64,000 bases of DNA. Origin: Crocinitomicaceae bacterium. Its GTDB lineage: Bacteria; Bacteroidota; Bacteroidia; Flavobacteriales_D; Crocinitomicaceae. Below, one piece after another: positions 9,562 to 17,203 of this stretch (position 1 is the first letter of the stretch; every line of letters starts with the position of its first letter). Under the pieces are notes generated by a model. It made no database searches and was not told where the DNA came from. It saw nothing but the letters and a program-made list of their open reading frames with translations. The stretch is taken from NCBI GenBank assembly GCA_024643725.1, contig JAHEMJ010000011.1, positions 69,477 to 133,476 on the forward strand. Direction: 5' to 3'. A program made the position numbers and the translations under genes.

Positions 9562-10047
9562 ATGACGGTAAGTGAGTACAATCAAAGTGTAAATGACTTT
9601 GCAGATCGATTATATCGGTTCGCATTGAAGAACGTCAATGACCCAGATTTGGCAAAGGATTTTGTGCAAGATGCCTACGAAAAACTATGGATGAAAATCG
9701 ATCAAGTCGATGCGCAGAAAGTAAAATCCTATTTGTTTCGAACAGTAGTGAATGCGCAAATTGATCGAGCACGACGAGCGAAATTACAACAGAATCATTT
9801 AGCAACAATTGATGTATATCAAACGGAAGAACAAGTGCCTTTTGATGTGCAAGAAAAGATAGACGAAGGCGTAAGCCGTTTGACAGAAATTCAACGAACC
9901 GTTTTGACGTTGAGGGATTACGAAGGATATTCCTACCAGGAAATTGCAGAAATGACTGGTTTAAGTGAAGACCAAGTCAAAGTCTATATTTTTAGAGCGA
10001 GAAGATTTCTAAAAGCCTTTATTGGACAAATAGAAGTATTGATATGA
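9562..10047 (+). CDS. RNA polymerase ECF (sigma-70 family group IV) sigma factor
   Basis: Region 2 DLAKDFVQDAYEKLW, region 4 RTVLTLRDYEGYSYQEIAEMTGLSEDQVKVYIFRARRFLK; 161 aa. Confidence 0.9.
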   Translation: MTVSEYNQSVNDFADRLYRFALKNVNDPDLAKDFVQDAYEKLWMKIDQVDAQKVKSYLFRTVVNAQIDRARRAKLQQNHLATIDVYQTEEQVPFDVQEKIDEGVSRLTEIQRTVLTLRDYEGYSYQEIAEMTGLSEDQVKVYIFRARRFLKAFIGQIEVLI

Positions 10048-11081
10048 ATTGGAAGAAAGAAGAGATCGAAGCACGCATGATGGATGCCTTGGATGGAAAT
10101 CTATCCAAGGAGGACTTGCAACAACTGCGCATGTATTTAGAAGAGTTTCCGGAATTCGGAAGCTTGGATGAGGAATACCCGTCGTTAAACAATGACGATT
10201 TCGTGCCATTTCAAAAAGAGACATTATGGAAAGAAGTACCCTTTCATCCAACAGCTTATTCCAACGAAGAAGGATCAGAGATGGAAAAAATGGCCATTGC
10301 AAAATTTGAAGGATTACTCACTGAAAAAGAGGAAAGCGATTTCGATCAAGCATTAAAAGTAGAGCCCAAGCTTCAAAAGGAATGGTACTTGGTGAATCAA
10401 ACAAAATTGCAGCAAAACACCTCAGTTTATTTCCCAAATTCAAAGTCTTTACACAAGGAAGTCCGCATTGTTTCATGGAGAAATTATTTGACATACGCCG
10501 CTGCTGCAAGTGTATTAGTATGCTTGTTTTTGGCATGGCCAAATCCAACATCAAAGGTTCATGCTTCTAACAAAACTGCAGTAAAAAAGAGCCCATCTGA
10601 GCAATTGGAAAAACGGAAAGCAAACACACCAACGCCAACGATCATTGCGAATAAGGAGAAGTTGCCACCAAGAATAATCGAACATGTGGAACCCGTTGTG
10701 ATGGAGGGACGAGAATGTGTGATTCAGGAGGATTACCCAGAAGCTTCCAACGAAATCGCCATGAGTGTACCTGCACAAAGCCACCCAATTCCGACGGTCG
10801 AACAACATGCCTTAAATGGAATAGGTACGACAAAAGGGTCAGAAAAAACAGTTTCTCAAGATGTCATGGGATTGAAGGAATTTGTCCTACAAAAAGGAAA
10901 CGAACGTATTTTCGGAACACCGAACCCAAGTGCATCCGAACGTTATACAACCGTCGCAAATTATTTGTCCAAAGCCACAAATTTACCCATCAATTATAGT
11001 CAGTCTTCCAATGAAAAAGAGGAAGTAACTTATGTGCGACTTGGATTTATTAGCATTGAAAGAAAACGAACAAAAAAATAA
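10044..11081 (+). CDS. Putative anti-sigma factor (single-pass membrane protein)
   Basis: ATGA overlap with the sigma gene stop. N-terminal MDALDGNLSKEDLQQLRMYLEEFPEF resembles anti-sigma N-domains. One TM segment, YLTYAAAASVLVCLFLAWP. The C-terminal part has no recognisable motif. Confidence 0.55.
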   Translation: MNWKKEEIEARMMDALDGNLSKEDLQQLRMYLEEFPEFGSLDEEYPSLNNDDFVPFQKETLWKEVPFHPTAYSNEEGSEMEKMAIAKFEGLLTEKEESDFDQALKVEPKLQKEWYLVNQTKLQQNTSVYFPNSKSLHKEVRIVSWRNYLTYAAAASVLVCLFLAWPNPTSKVHASNKTAVKKSPSEQLEKRKANTPTPTIIANKEKLPPRIIEHVEPVVMEGRECVIQEDYPEASNEIAMSVPAQSHPIPTVEQHALNGIGTTKGSEKTVSQDVMGLKEFVLQKGNERIFGTPNPSASERYTTVANYLSKATNLPINYSQSSNEKEEVTYVRLGFISIERKRTKK

Positions 11082-11084
11082 TAG

Positions 11085-11113
11085 ACGTGTAACAAAAGGA
11101 ATGAAAACGCGTC
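11085..11113 (+). promoter_or_regulatory. Second copy of the ECF-type promoter (GTAAC-N16-CGTC)
   Basis: ACGTGTAAC-N13-ACGCGTC, the same fixed nucleotides as 9519-9547. GTAAC 11089-11093, CGTC 11110-11113, ends 25 nt before ATG 11139. Confidence 0.55.
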
Positions 11114-11138
11114 AAAGGACTATCAAAAAAGAAAAAAC

Positions 11139-12182
11139 ATGAAACAATTACTACTTTTTGGAATCTTGAGTTTAGCACCATTAACTTTTGCTCAAAAGGG
11201 GCAATCGAAACGAATCGTTCAAATTCAAGGGAATGACACGACGATTATCATCATCAATGAACGCATGGATAAAATGGATTCCATTTTAACAGAGGAAATG
11301 AAAAAAATATATGTAACCGATTCCATGGTGACTAGAGTGGATGTTTTTATTGACTCCACGATTATTTCTGAGGATGGACAGGCATCCATGGACTCCATTA
11401 AAGTCAAAATCGGAAACATGAAGATTGTTATTCTCGACGATAAAAACACAGCTCAAAAAGGAGAAAAACGCGTAATCATTGACGAACGCGTGATTATTAA
11501 CGATGAACGAGGTGAAGAAATGATGATGGATGATTGCGAAAATTGCTTGACAAAGTCAAACCATCCCGTTTGGTCAGGATTCGGAATAAACGCAAATGGT
11601 TTTATCAACACCCAAGGAAAATTGGCCACGGGTTCTGAATTAGGATTTTTGGAATTAGATCCAGCACGAAGCATAGGCCTTCAATGGAATTTTCTGAACA
11701 AACGATTTCCAATCATCAAAGAATATTTAGGCGTGACCACCGGATTAGGATTGCAATGGAATCGCTACGCATTAAAAGGGAATTATGACATCTCCAGCGT
11801 GAACGACACCATTTATGGAACCTTAAATACTTCCGTGAATTACACCAAAAACACCTTGAGCTCCTTGTACCTGCAAGCACCGTTATTGCTACAAATTAAC
11901 ACGAATAAAAATCAAAGTGAGTCTTGGACCCTTTCCGCAGGAATTGTTGGTGGTATTCGCCTTGGTGGAATGCACAAAACCAAATGGGAAACCAATGGAA
12001 ATGATAAAAAAGACAAAACAAAAGATGACTTTAATTTCAATCCTTTTCAAGCTTCGTTGATGGCAATGGTAGGGTATAATAATTGGAATCTATACATGAC
12101 TTATAATTTGACAGACGTCTTTAACGAAGGATCCGCTCTGTCACTGCGTGGTGTGAACGCTGGAATTTTACTCTCGTTTTAA
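11139..12182 (+). CDS. Putative outer-membrane beta-barrel protein, likely ECF-regulated
   Basis: Signal peptide MKQLLLFGILSLAPLTFAQ. The C-terminal half has alternating hydrophobic, Gly/Asn-rich strands ending in ...GVNAGILLSF (aromatic C-terminus typical of OMPs). Confidence 0.5.
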   Translation: MKQLLLFGILSLAPLTFAQKGQSKRIVQIQGNDTTIIIINERMDKMDSILTEEMKKIYVTDSMVTRVDVFIDSTIISEDGQASMDSIKVKIGNMKIVILDDKNTAQKGEKRVIIDERVIINDERGEEMMMDDCENCLTKSNHPVWSGFGINANGFINTQGKLATGSELGFLELDPARSIGLQWNFLNKRFPIIKEYLGVTTGLGLQWNRYALKGNYDISSVNDTIYGTLNTSVNYTKNTLSSLYLQAPLLLQINTNKNQSESWTLSAGIVGGIRLGGMHKTKWETNGNDKKDKTKDDFNFNPFQASLMAMVGYNNWNLYMTYNLTDVFNEGSALSLRGVNAGILLSF

Positions 12183-12212
12183 CAAATACCTCTTATCACC
12201 ACCATAAATGAG

Positions 12213-12247
12213 GCGGCGCAAGGATTCCTTTGCGCCGTTTCTTTTTT
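12213..12247 (+). terminator. Rho-independent terminator after the OMP gene
   Basis: GGCGCAAGG (12215-12223) pairs with CCTTTGCGCC (12227-12236, one bulge), followed by GTTTCTTTTTT. Confidence 0.6.
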
Positions 12248-12300
12248 AGCGATTTCCTGTTATTCCTCTTCTCGGATTCTTGCCTTTCCGGGTTGATTTG

Positions 12301-12308
12301 TATATTTG
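12301..12308 (+). promoter_or_regulatory. Sigma-A -7 box (TAnnTTTG)
   Basis: TATATTTG, 29 nt upstream of ATG 12338. Confidence 0.4.
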
Positions 12309-12337
12309 CCACACGGAATAACAAAACTAAAAGAACC

Positions 12338-14401
12338 ATGAGTTCATTTGACCATAAAACAGCTGCTTGGGAGGCATTTCGATTGATGTGTACCGCTAAA
12401 ACAATGGCTGAAAAATACGAGCAAAATAAAGAAGTAACATCCAAGTACGTACATGCTACCTCGCGTGGACACGAAGCCATTCAATTGGCTGTTGGATTGC
12501 AACTAAAACCTCAAGATTGGGTTTCGCCATATTACCGCGATGACAGCATTCTGTTGGGAATTGGGATGAAACCTTACGAACTGATGTTACAGGTTTTTGC
12601 GAAAAAGGATGATCCATTTTCGGGTGGACGAACCTATTATTCCCATCCTTCTTTGAACCGTGAAGGATTCCCTCGAATTCCTCATCAATCATCCGCAACA
12701 GGAATGCAAGCCATTCCAACAACCGGAATTGCGATGGGAATTCAGTATAAAGAGAAAACCGGAATCGCTGAATGGGATTTAACGGATGCGCCAGTGGTCG
12801 TTTGTTCCCTGGGGGATGCGTCCTGTACGGAAGGAGAAGTTTCAGAAGCGTTCCAAATGGCCGCTTTAAAACAATTCCCCATCGTTTATTTAGTGCAGGA
12901 TAATGGTTGGGATATTTCAGCTAACGCGAAAGAAACACGTGCGCAGGACATTGCGGAATACGCAAAAGGATTTCATGGCCTGGAAGTTCGCTCCATCGAT
13001 GGTAGCGATTTCTTACAAAGTTTTGAAACTGTGCAAGAAGTATTTGAACTTGTTCGAAAAGAAAGAAGACCTTTTATCATTCATGCCAAAGTTCCTTTAC
13101 TTGGACATCACACTTCTGGTGTTCGCAAAGAATGGTACCGAGACGATTTAGAAGAAGCGGCTAAAAATGACCCTTATCCAAAATTGAAACAAATGGTCCA
13201 AGATTTCGGACACAGTTTGGCGGAAGTCATTAATTTGGAATCTGCCGTTCGAAAAGAAATTGATGAGGCTTATGATCAAGCCTTGAATGCCGAAGATCCC
13301 AGCATTGAGAGTGTGACAGACTTTATTTTTGCACCGACTCCTGTGACTGAAGAAGTTGGGGAACGCGAACCAAGTGGAAAGAAAAAAACAGTAATGGTGG
13401 ATTCTGCACTTTTTGCGGTGCGTGAATTGATGTCCAAACATCCGGAAGCCTTACTTTACGGACAAGATGTCGGTGGACGTTTGGGTGGCGTTTTCCGAGA
13501 AGCAGCAACATTGGCACAAACCTTTGGTGATGATCGTGTATTCAATACGCCGATTCAAGAAGCATTTATCATTGGCTCAACAGTTGGAATGTCCGCGGTT
13601 GGATTAAAACCCTTTGTAGAAGTACAATTTGCGGATTACATTTGGCCAGGATTAAATCAGTTATTTACCGAAGTTTCCCGTTCTTATTATTTGTCAAACG
13701 GCAAATGGCCCGTAAGTGCAGTGATTCGTGTTCCTATTGGAGCTTATGGGTCCGGAGGCCCTTATCACTCGTCAAGTGTGGAATCTGTTTTAGCGAATAT
13801 TCGCGGAATCAAAGTGGTTTATCCATCAACAGGCGCCGATTTAAAGGGCTTGTTAAAGGCAGCGTATTACGATCCAAATCCAGTTGTCATTCTAGAACAC
13901 AAAGGATTGTATTGGTCCAAAATTCCAGGTACAGAAGGAGCAATGTCGATTGAACCAAGTGAAGATTACATGATTCCAATCGGAAAAGCTCGTATCGTAC
14001 AAACGGCCGATGACGAGAAAATCAAGCAAGGAAACTCCATTGGTGTTATTACCTATGGACGCGGTGTTTATTGGTCATTGGAAGCAGCAAAATCCTTCGA
14101 AGGACAAGTTGAGATTCTCGATTTACGTAGCATTAATCCATTAGACATGGACGCAATGGGTGAACTTTGTGAACGACATGGTAAAATTCTTTTGGTTACG
14201 GAAGAATCCATTGAGTGTACCTTTACGCAAGGATTAGCAGGAAGATTACAGCGTTCACATTTCAAGTGTCTAGATGCACCGATAGAAATCGTGGCATCCA
14301 TTGACACGCCTGCGATTCCATTGAATGGCGACTTAGAAGCAGCCTTGCTGCCAAACGCAGAAAAAGTGGCGGATGGCATGAAGAAACTATTGAATTTTTA
14401 G
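12338..14401 (+). CDS. Fused alpha/beta E1 component of a 2-oxoacid dehydrogenase (TPP-dependent)
   Basis: The alpha part has HATSRGHEAIQ and the TPP-binding region SLGDASCTEGE...VQDNGWDIS. The beta part has YGQDVG..GGVFR, FNTPIQEAFI and VVILEHKGLY. Start moved to ATG 12338, because the track start at 12230 sits inside the upstream terminator. Confidence 0.85.
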   Translation: MSSFDHKTAAWEAFRLMCTAKTMAEKYEQNKEVTSKYVHATSRGHEAIQLAVGLQLKPQDWVSPYYRDDSILLGIGMKPYELMLQVFAKKDDPFSGGRTYYSHPSLNREGFPRIPHQSSATGMQAIPTTGIAMGIQYKEKTGIAEWDLTDAPVVVCSLGDASCTEGEVSEAFQMAALKQFPIVYLVQDNGWDISANAKETRAQDIAEYAKGFHGLEVRSIDGSDFLQSFETVQEVFELVRKERRPFIIHAKVPLLGHHTSGVRKEWYRDDLEEAAKNDPYPKLKQMVQDFGHSLAEVINLESAVRKEIDEAYDQALNAEDPSIESVTDFIFAPTPVTEEVGEREPSGKKKTVMVDSALFAVRELMSKHPEALLYGQDVGGRLGGVFREAATLAQTFGDDRVFNTPIQEAFIIGSTVGMSAVGLKPFVEVQFADYIWPGLNQLFTEVSRSYYLSNGKWPVSAVIRVPIGAYGSGGPYHSSSVESVLANIRGIKVVYPSTGADLKGLLKAAYYDPNPVVILEHKGLYWSKIPGTEGAMSIEPSEDYMIPIGKARIVQTADDEKIKQGNSIGVITYGRGVYWSLEAAKSFEGQVEILDLRSINPLDMDAMGELCERHGKILLVTEESIECTFTQGLAGRLQRSHFKCLDAPIEIVASIDTPAIPLNGDLEAALLPNAEKVADGMKKLLNF

Positions 14402-14404
14402 GGT

Positions 14405-14797
14405 ATGAAAATGAAAGAAATCATAGGATCTGTTGAGACATTTCACGATGCATTTGGAATCCAAAATCACTATGTACCAAAAGCTGATTTAACAGAGAAA
14501 GAAGTGCAGCTTCGTTTTGACTTGATGAAAGAAGAAAACGAAGAGTATTTAGAAGCGGCGAAAAATGGTGATATCGTGGAAATTGCAGATGCCTTGGGAG
14601 ATCAATTGTATATCCTCTGTGGAACCATTTTAAGACACGGATTACAAGATAAAATCGTGGAGGTCTTTGAGGAAATTCAACGTTCAAACATGAGCAAATT
14701 AGATGCTGATGGAAAACCCATTTATAGAGAAGATGGAAAGGTGTTGAAGTCCGATCGATACTTTCGTCCAGATATCGCATCCATTCTTCAAAAATAG
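14405..14797 (+). CDS. MazG-like nucleotide pyrophosphohydrolase family protein
   Basis: 130 aa all-alpha protein with EENEEYLEAAKNGDIVEIADALGDQLYILCG (an EExxE...D metal motif layout of MazG-like / HisE-like pyrophosphohydrolases). Confidence 0.6.
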   Translation: MKMKEIIGSVETFHDAFGIQNHYVPKADLTEKEVQLRFDLMKEENEEYLEAAKNGDIVEIADALGDQLYILCGTILRHGLQDKIVEVFEEIQRSNMSKLDADGKPIYREDGKVLKSDRYFRPDIASILQK

Positions 14798-14861
14798 AGT
14801 TTTACACGTCCGCGTTTTCATTTCTTTTTCAGTCGATAGATTCTCGAGGTATTTAGTTGTT

Positions 14862-14869
14862 TAGATTTG
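14862..14869 (+). promoter_or_regulatory. Sigma-A -7 box (TAnnTTTG)
   Basis: TAGATTTG, ends 16 nt before ATG 14886 and overlaps the track's TTG start at 14871, which argues for the ATG. Confidence 0.4.
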
Positions 14870-14885
14870 TTTGAAAGAAACAAGC

Positions 14886-16028
14886 ATGAACGATATTTCG
14901 ATTTATTTTCAACCCATTACTGATACTGATTCATGGACCGAACAACAACTGGGTTCAGTCGTGATTAAAAATCAAGGAAATTTCCCTGAAATCGAAAAAA
15001 ACGGTTGTGCCATCTTTTATGTGCCAGAATTTCGAGGGAGCGGTCGTGAAAACCGGCGTCAATCTGGTCATTTTCGAGAATCTTTCTATCGTTTGCATGG
15101 GGAGCAAGAATGGAAATTCCCGATGTACGATTTAGGTGATATTTTGCCTGGAAACACCTTGGAAGATACTTATTTTGCAGTGGCCAAAGTTGTCTCTGAA
15201 TTGGTGAAAAACAAAGTGGTTCCAATCGTTATTGGTGGTAGCCAAGACTTAACTGTGGCCATGTATAATGGCTATGAAAAACTCGAGCAATTGGTAAATA
15301 TTTGCTCCATAGACCACTCATTGGATTTAGGCACACCGGACGAAGAAATTCATGCGCATGGATATTTGAGTCAAATCCTGTTAAAGCGTCCGTGCTATTT
15401 ATTTAATCACGCCAACATTGGATTACAGATTCCGTATGCAAGTGCAAAGGAGTTCGATTTGTTTGAAAAGTTATATTTTGACATTTGTCGATTAGGCGAG
15501 TTCAATCAAGATTTCACAAAGGCCGAACCACATTTGCGAAATGCCGATCTAATCAACTTAGATTTCCAATCCATTAAAGCTTCTGAAACAGCAAATCAGC
15601 AGGCGATTCCCAACGGATTTTATGCGGAACAGATTTGCCAAATCGCTCGTTACGCGGGCATCTCAGATAAAGTCACCTCGTTTGGTATTTTTAATTGCGA
15701 ATTCGAGAATCCATTGTCCGAAAAATTACTTGCGGAAATCATGTGGTATTTCATTCAAGGCTACATGAATCGCAAAGGAGATTTTCCAATCGGAAGTAAG
15801 GCTGAATATACGAAATTCACCGTTTTCTTAGAGGAATCTGGACGGGAAATCATTTTTTACAAAAGCAATAAATCCGCGAGATGGTGGATGGAAGTTCCTT
15901 ATCCACCGCAAAGCGGAACCAAATATGAGCGACATCACATGGTGCCCTGCAATAAGCTCGACTATGACAATGCCATGAAGAATGAAATGCCAGATCTATG
16001 GTGGAAAACCTACCAAAAACTCGGATAA
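14886..16028 (+). CDS. Arginase/formimidoylglutamase-fold family protein (metal motifs appear degenerate)
   Basis: The overall pattern resembles the Bacteroidota formimidoylglutamase-like family: VPIVIGGSQDLTVAMY, ICSIDHSLDLG, LINLDFQSIKA. The canonical GGDHS / DAHxD / SxDxDxxDP motifs are not intact by eye. Confidence 0.6.
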   Translation: MNDISIYFQPITDTDSWTEQQLGSVVIKNQGNFPEIEKNGCAIFYVPEFRGSGRENRRQSGHFRESFYRLHGEQEWKFPMYDLGDILPGNTLEDTYFAVAKVVSELVKNKVVPIVIGGSQDLTVAMYNGYEKLEQLVNICSIDHSLDLGTPDEEIHAHGYLSQILLKRPCYLFNHANIGLQIPYASAKEFDLFEKLYFDICRLGEFNQDFTKAEPHLRNADLINLDFQSIKASETANQQAIPNGFYAEQICQIARYAGISDKVTSFGIFNCEFENPLSEKLLAEIMWYFIQGYMNRKGDFPIGSKAEYTKFTVFLEESGREIIFYKSNKSARWWMEVPYPPQSGTKYERHHMVPCNKLDYDNAMKNEMPDLWWKTYQKLG

Positions 16029-16144
16029 GTCATCGATTAAATTCGCAATTCGTTTTATTTTTTCATTTAAATTTCTTATTTTAGCACCTTAAAATGGCAT
16101 TTCTCGTGTGAGATTTGCTTTTTTATAATTGTTAAATAAACCAT

Positions 16145-17092
16145 ATGCTATTGAAAACCAAGCTATTAACCATCTTGTTGGTTGCTGTAATTGGCTCTGT
16201 CCAAGCACAACAAGATAAGCTCGTTACTCATTTCATTTTTGATAAAATGAGCATCAATCCAGGTAAAACGGGATTGGACTTGTATAACGGTATTTGTGCA
16301 ACATCTATTTACCGTAATCAATGGGACAAAGTAAACGGAGCTCCGAATTCGGCCATTTTAAATATTGAGTCGAATCTATCGAGATTTTTGCCGGGTGGAA
16401 TTGGAATCAATTTCTATCATGATGCCATTGGTTTTAATCGTCAAAACAACTTATTGTTAAACTATTCTTACCCTGTTCAAATTGGCCGCGCTGGTGTTTT
16501 AGGTGTTGGTGTTGGAATAGGGATTATGAACTTTGGACAAGATCCAACGTGGGTTCCACCAACAACCGCAGTGGATCCAACTTTGCCTGTAGGATTTTCC
16601 GCAACTGGTGTTGATGCAAACTTCGGTTTGTATTTCCAAGCGAAGAACTACTACGCTGGAATTTCATCTACGCATTTAACACAATCTGACTTATCAAAGG
16701 CCGTAAACAACATTACACAAGATTACCAAACAGCACGTCACTACTATTTAATGGGTGGTTACAAATTCAAAGACGTGATGAATGGTATCATTGATGCACA
16801 AATGTTAGTGCGTACTGATTTAATCAAATTCTCTGCAGATTTGAATGCACGTTACTTATTTAAATTGGATGGAAACGACGCTTACGGTGGATTGTCCTTT
16901 AGAACTTCCGATGCGATTGCAGTGATGTTGGGTTATTCGCCAATGCCGAAAATGCAAATTGGATATTCTTACGATATTACGATTAATAAATTAGCAAGTA
17001 TTTCTCGTGGGTCGCACGAGTTGATGGTGAAATATTGTTATTTCTTACCACCTCCTCCAAAGACAAAAGCGAGACATCCACGTATGTTGTAG
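16145..17092 (+). CDS. porP: T9SS membrane protein, PorP/SprF family
   Basis: Signal peptide ...GSVQAQQDKLVTHFIFDKMSINPGKTG (the QQD..fsqy.fn...NPA-type N-terminus of PorP/SprF), barrel-like body, and position directly upstream of gldK as in porPKLMN. Confidence 0.8.
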   Translation: MLLKTKLLTILLVAVIGSVQAQQDKLVTHFIFDKMSINPGKTGLDLYNGICATSIYRNQWDKVNGAPNSAILNIESNLSRFLPGGIGINFYHDAIGFNRQNNLLLNYSYPVQIGRAGVLGVGVGIGIMNFGQDPTWVPPTTAVDPTLPVGFSATGVDANFGLYFQAKNYYAGISSTHLTQSDLSKAVNNITQDYQTARHYYLMGGYKFKDVMNGIIDAQMLVRTDLIKFSADLNARYLFKLDGNDAYGGLSFRTSDAIAVMLGYSPMPKMQIGYSYDITINKLASISRGSHELMVKYCYFLPPPPKTKARHPRML

Positions 17093-17203
17093 TAGACATA
17101 TATAATATAATGTAACCATTTTTATAGTTCTTACGTTATACCCCAAGTTAAAAGAATCCTGTAGCAAGGTAATTTGGATAATGGCAGAACCAAAAACAAA
17201 AGA

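Noticed and set aside
12230-12337. N-terminal extension of the E1 dehydrogenase ORF (track start 12230)
   Set aside because: The extension starts inside the upstream terminator hairpin and runs over a TAnnTTTG box. MRRFFFSDFLLFLFSDS... is low-complexity. The conserved protein starts at MSSFDHKTAAWE (12338).
14421-14780. 119-aa ORF almost exactly antisense to the MazG-like gene
   Set aside because: The plus-strand product carries the EExxE...D MazG-type motif and sits in an operon-like position. The antisense product has no motif and is rich in Leu/Ser/Arg, as is typical of antisense frames.
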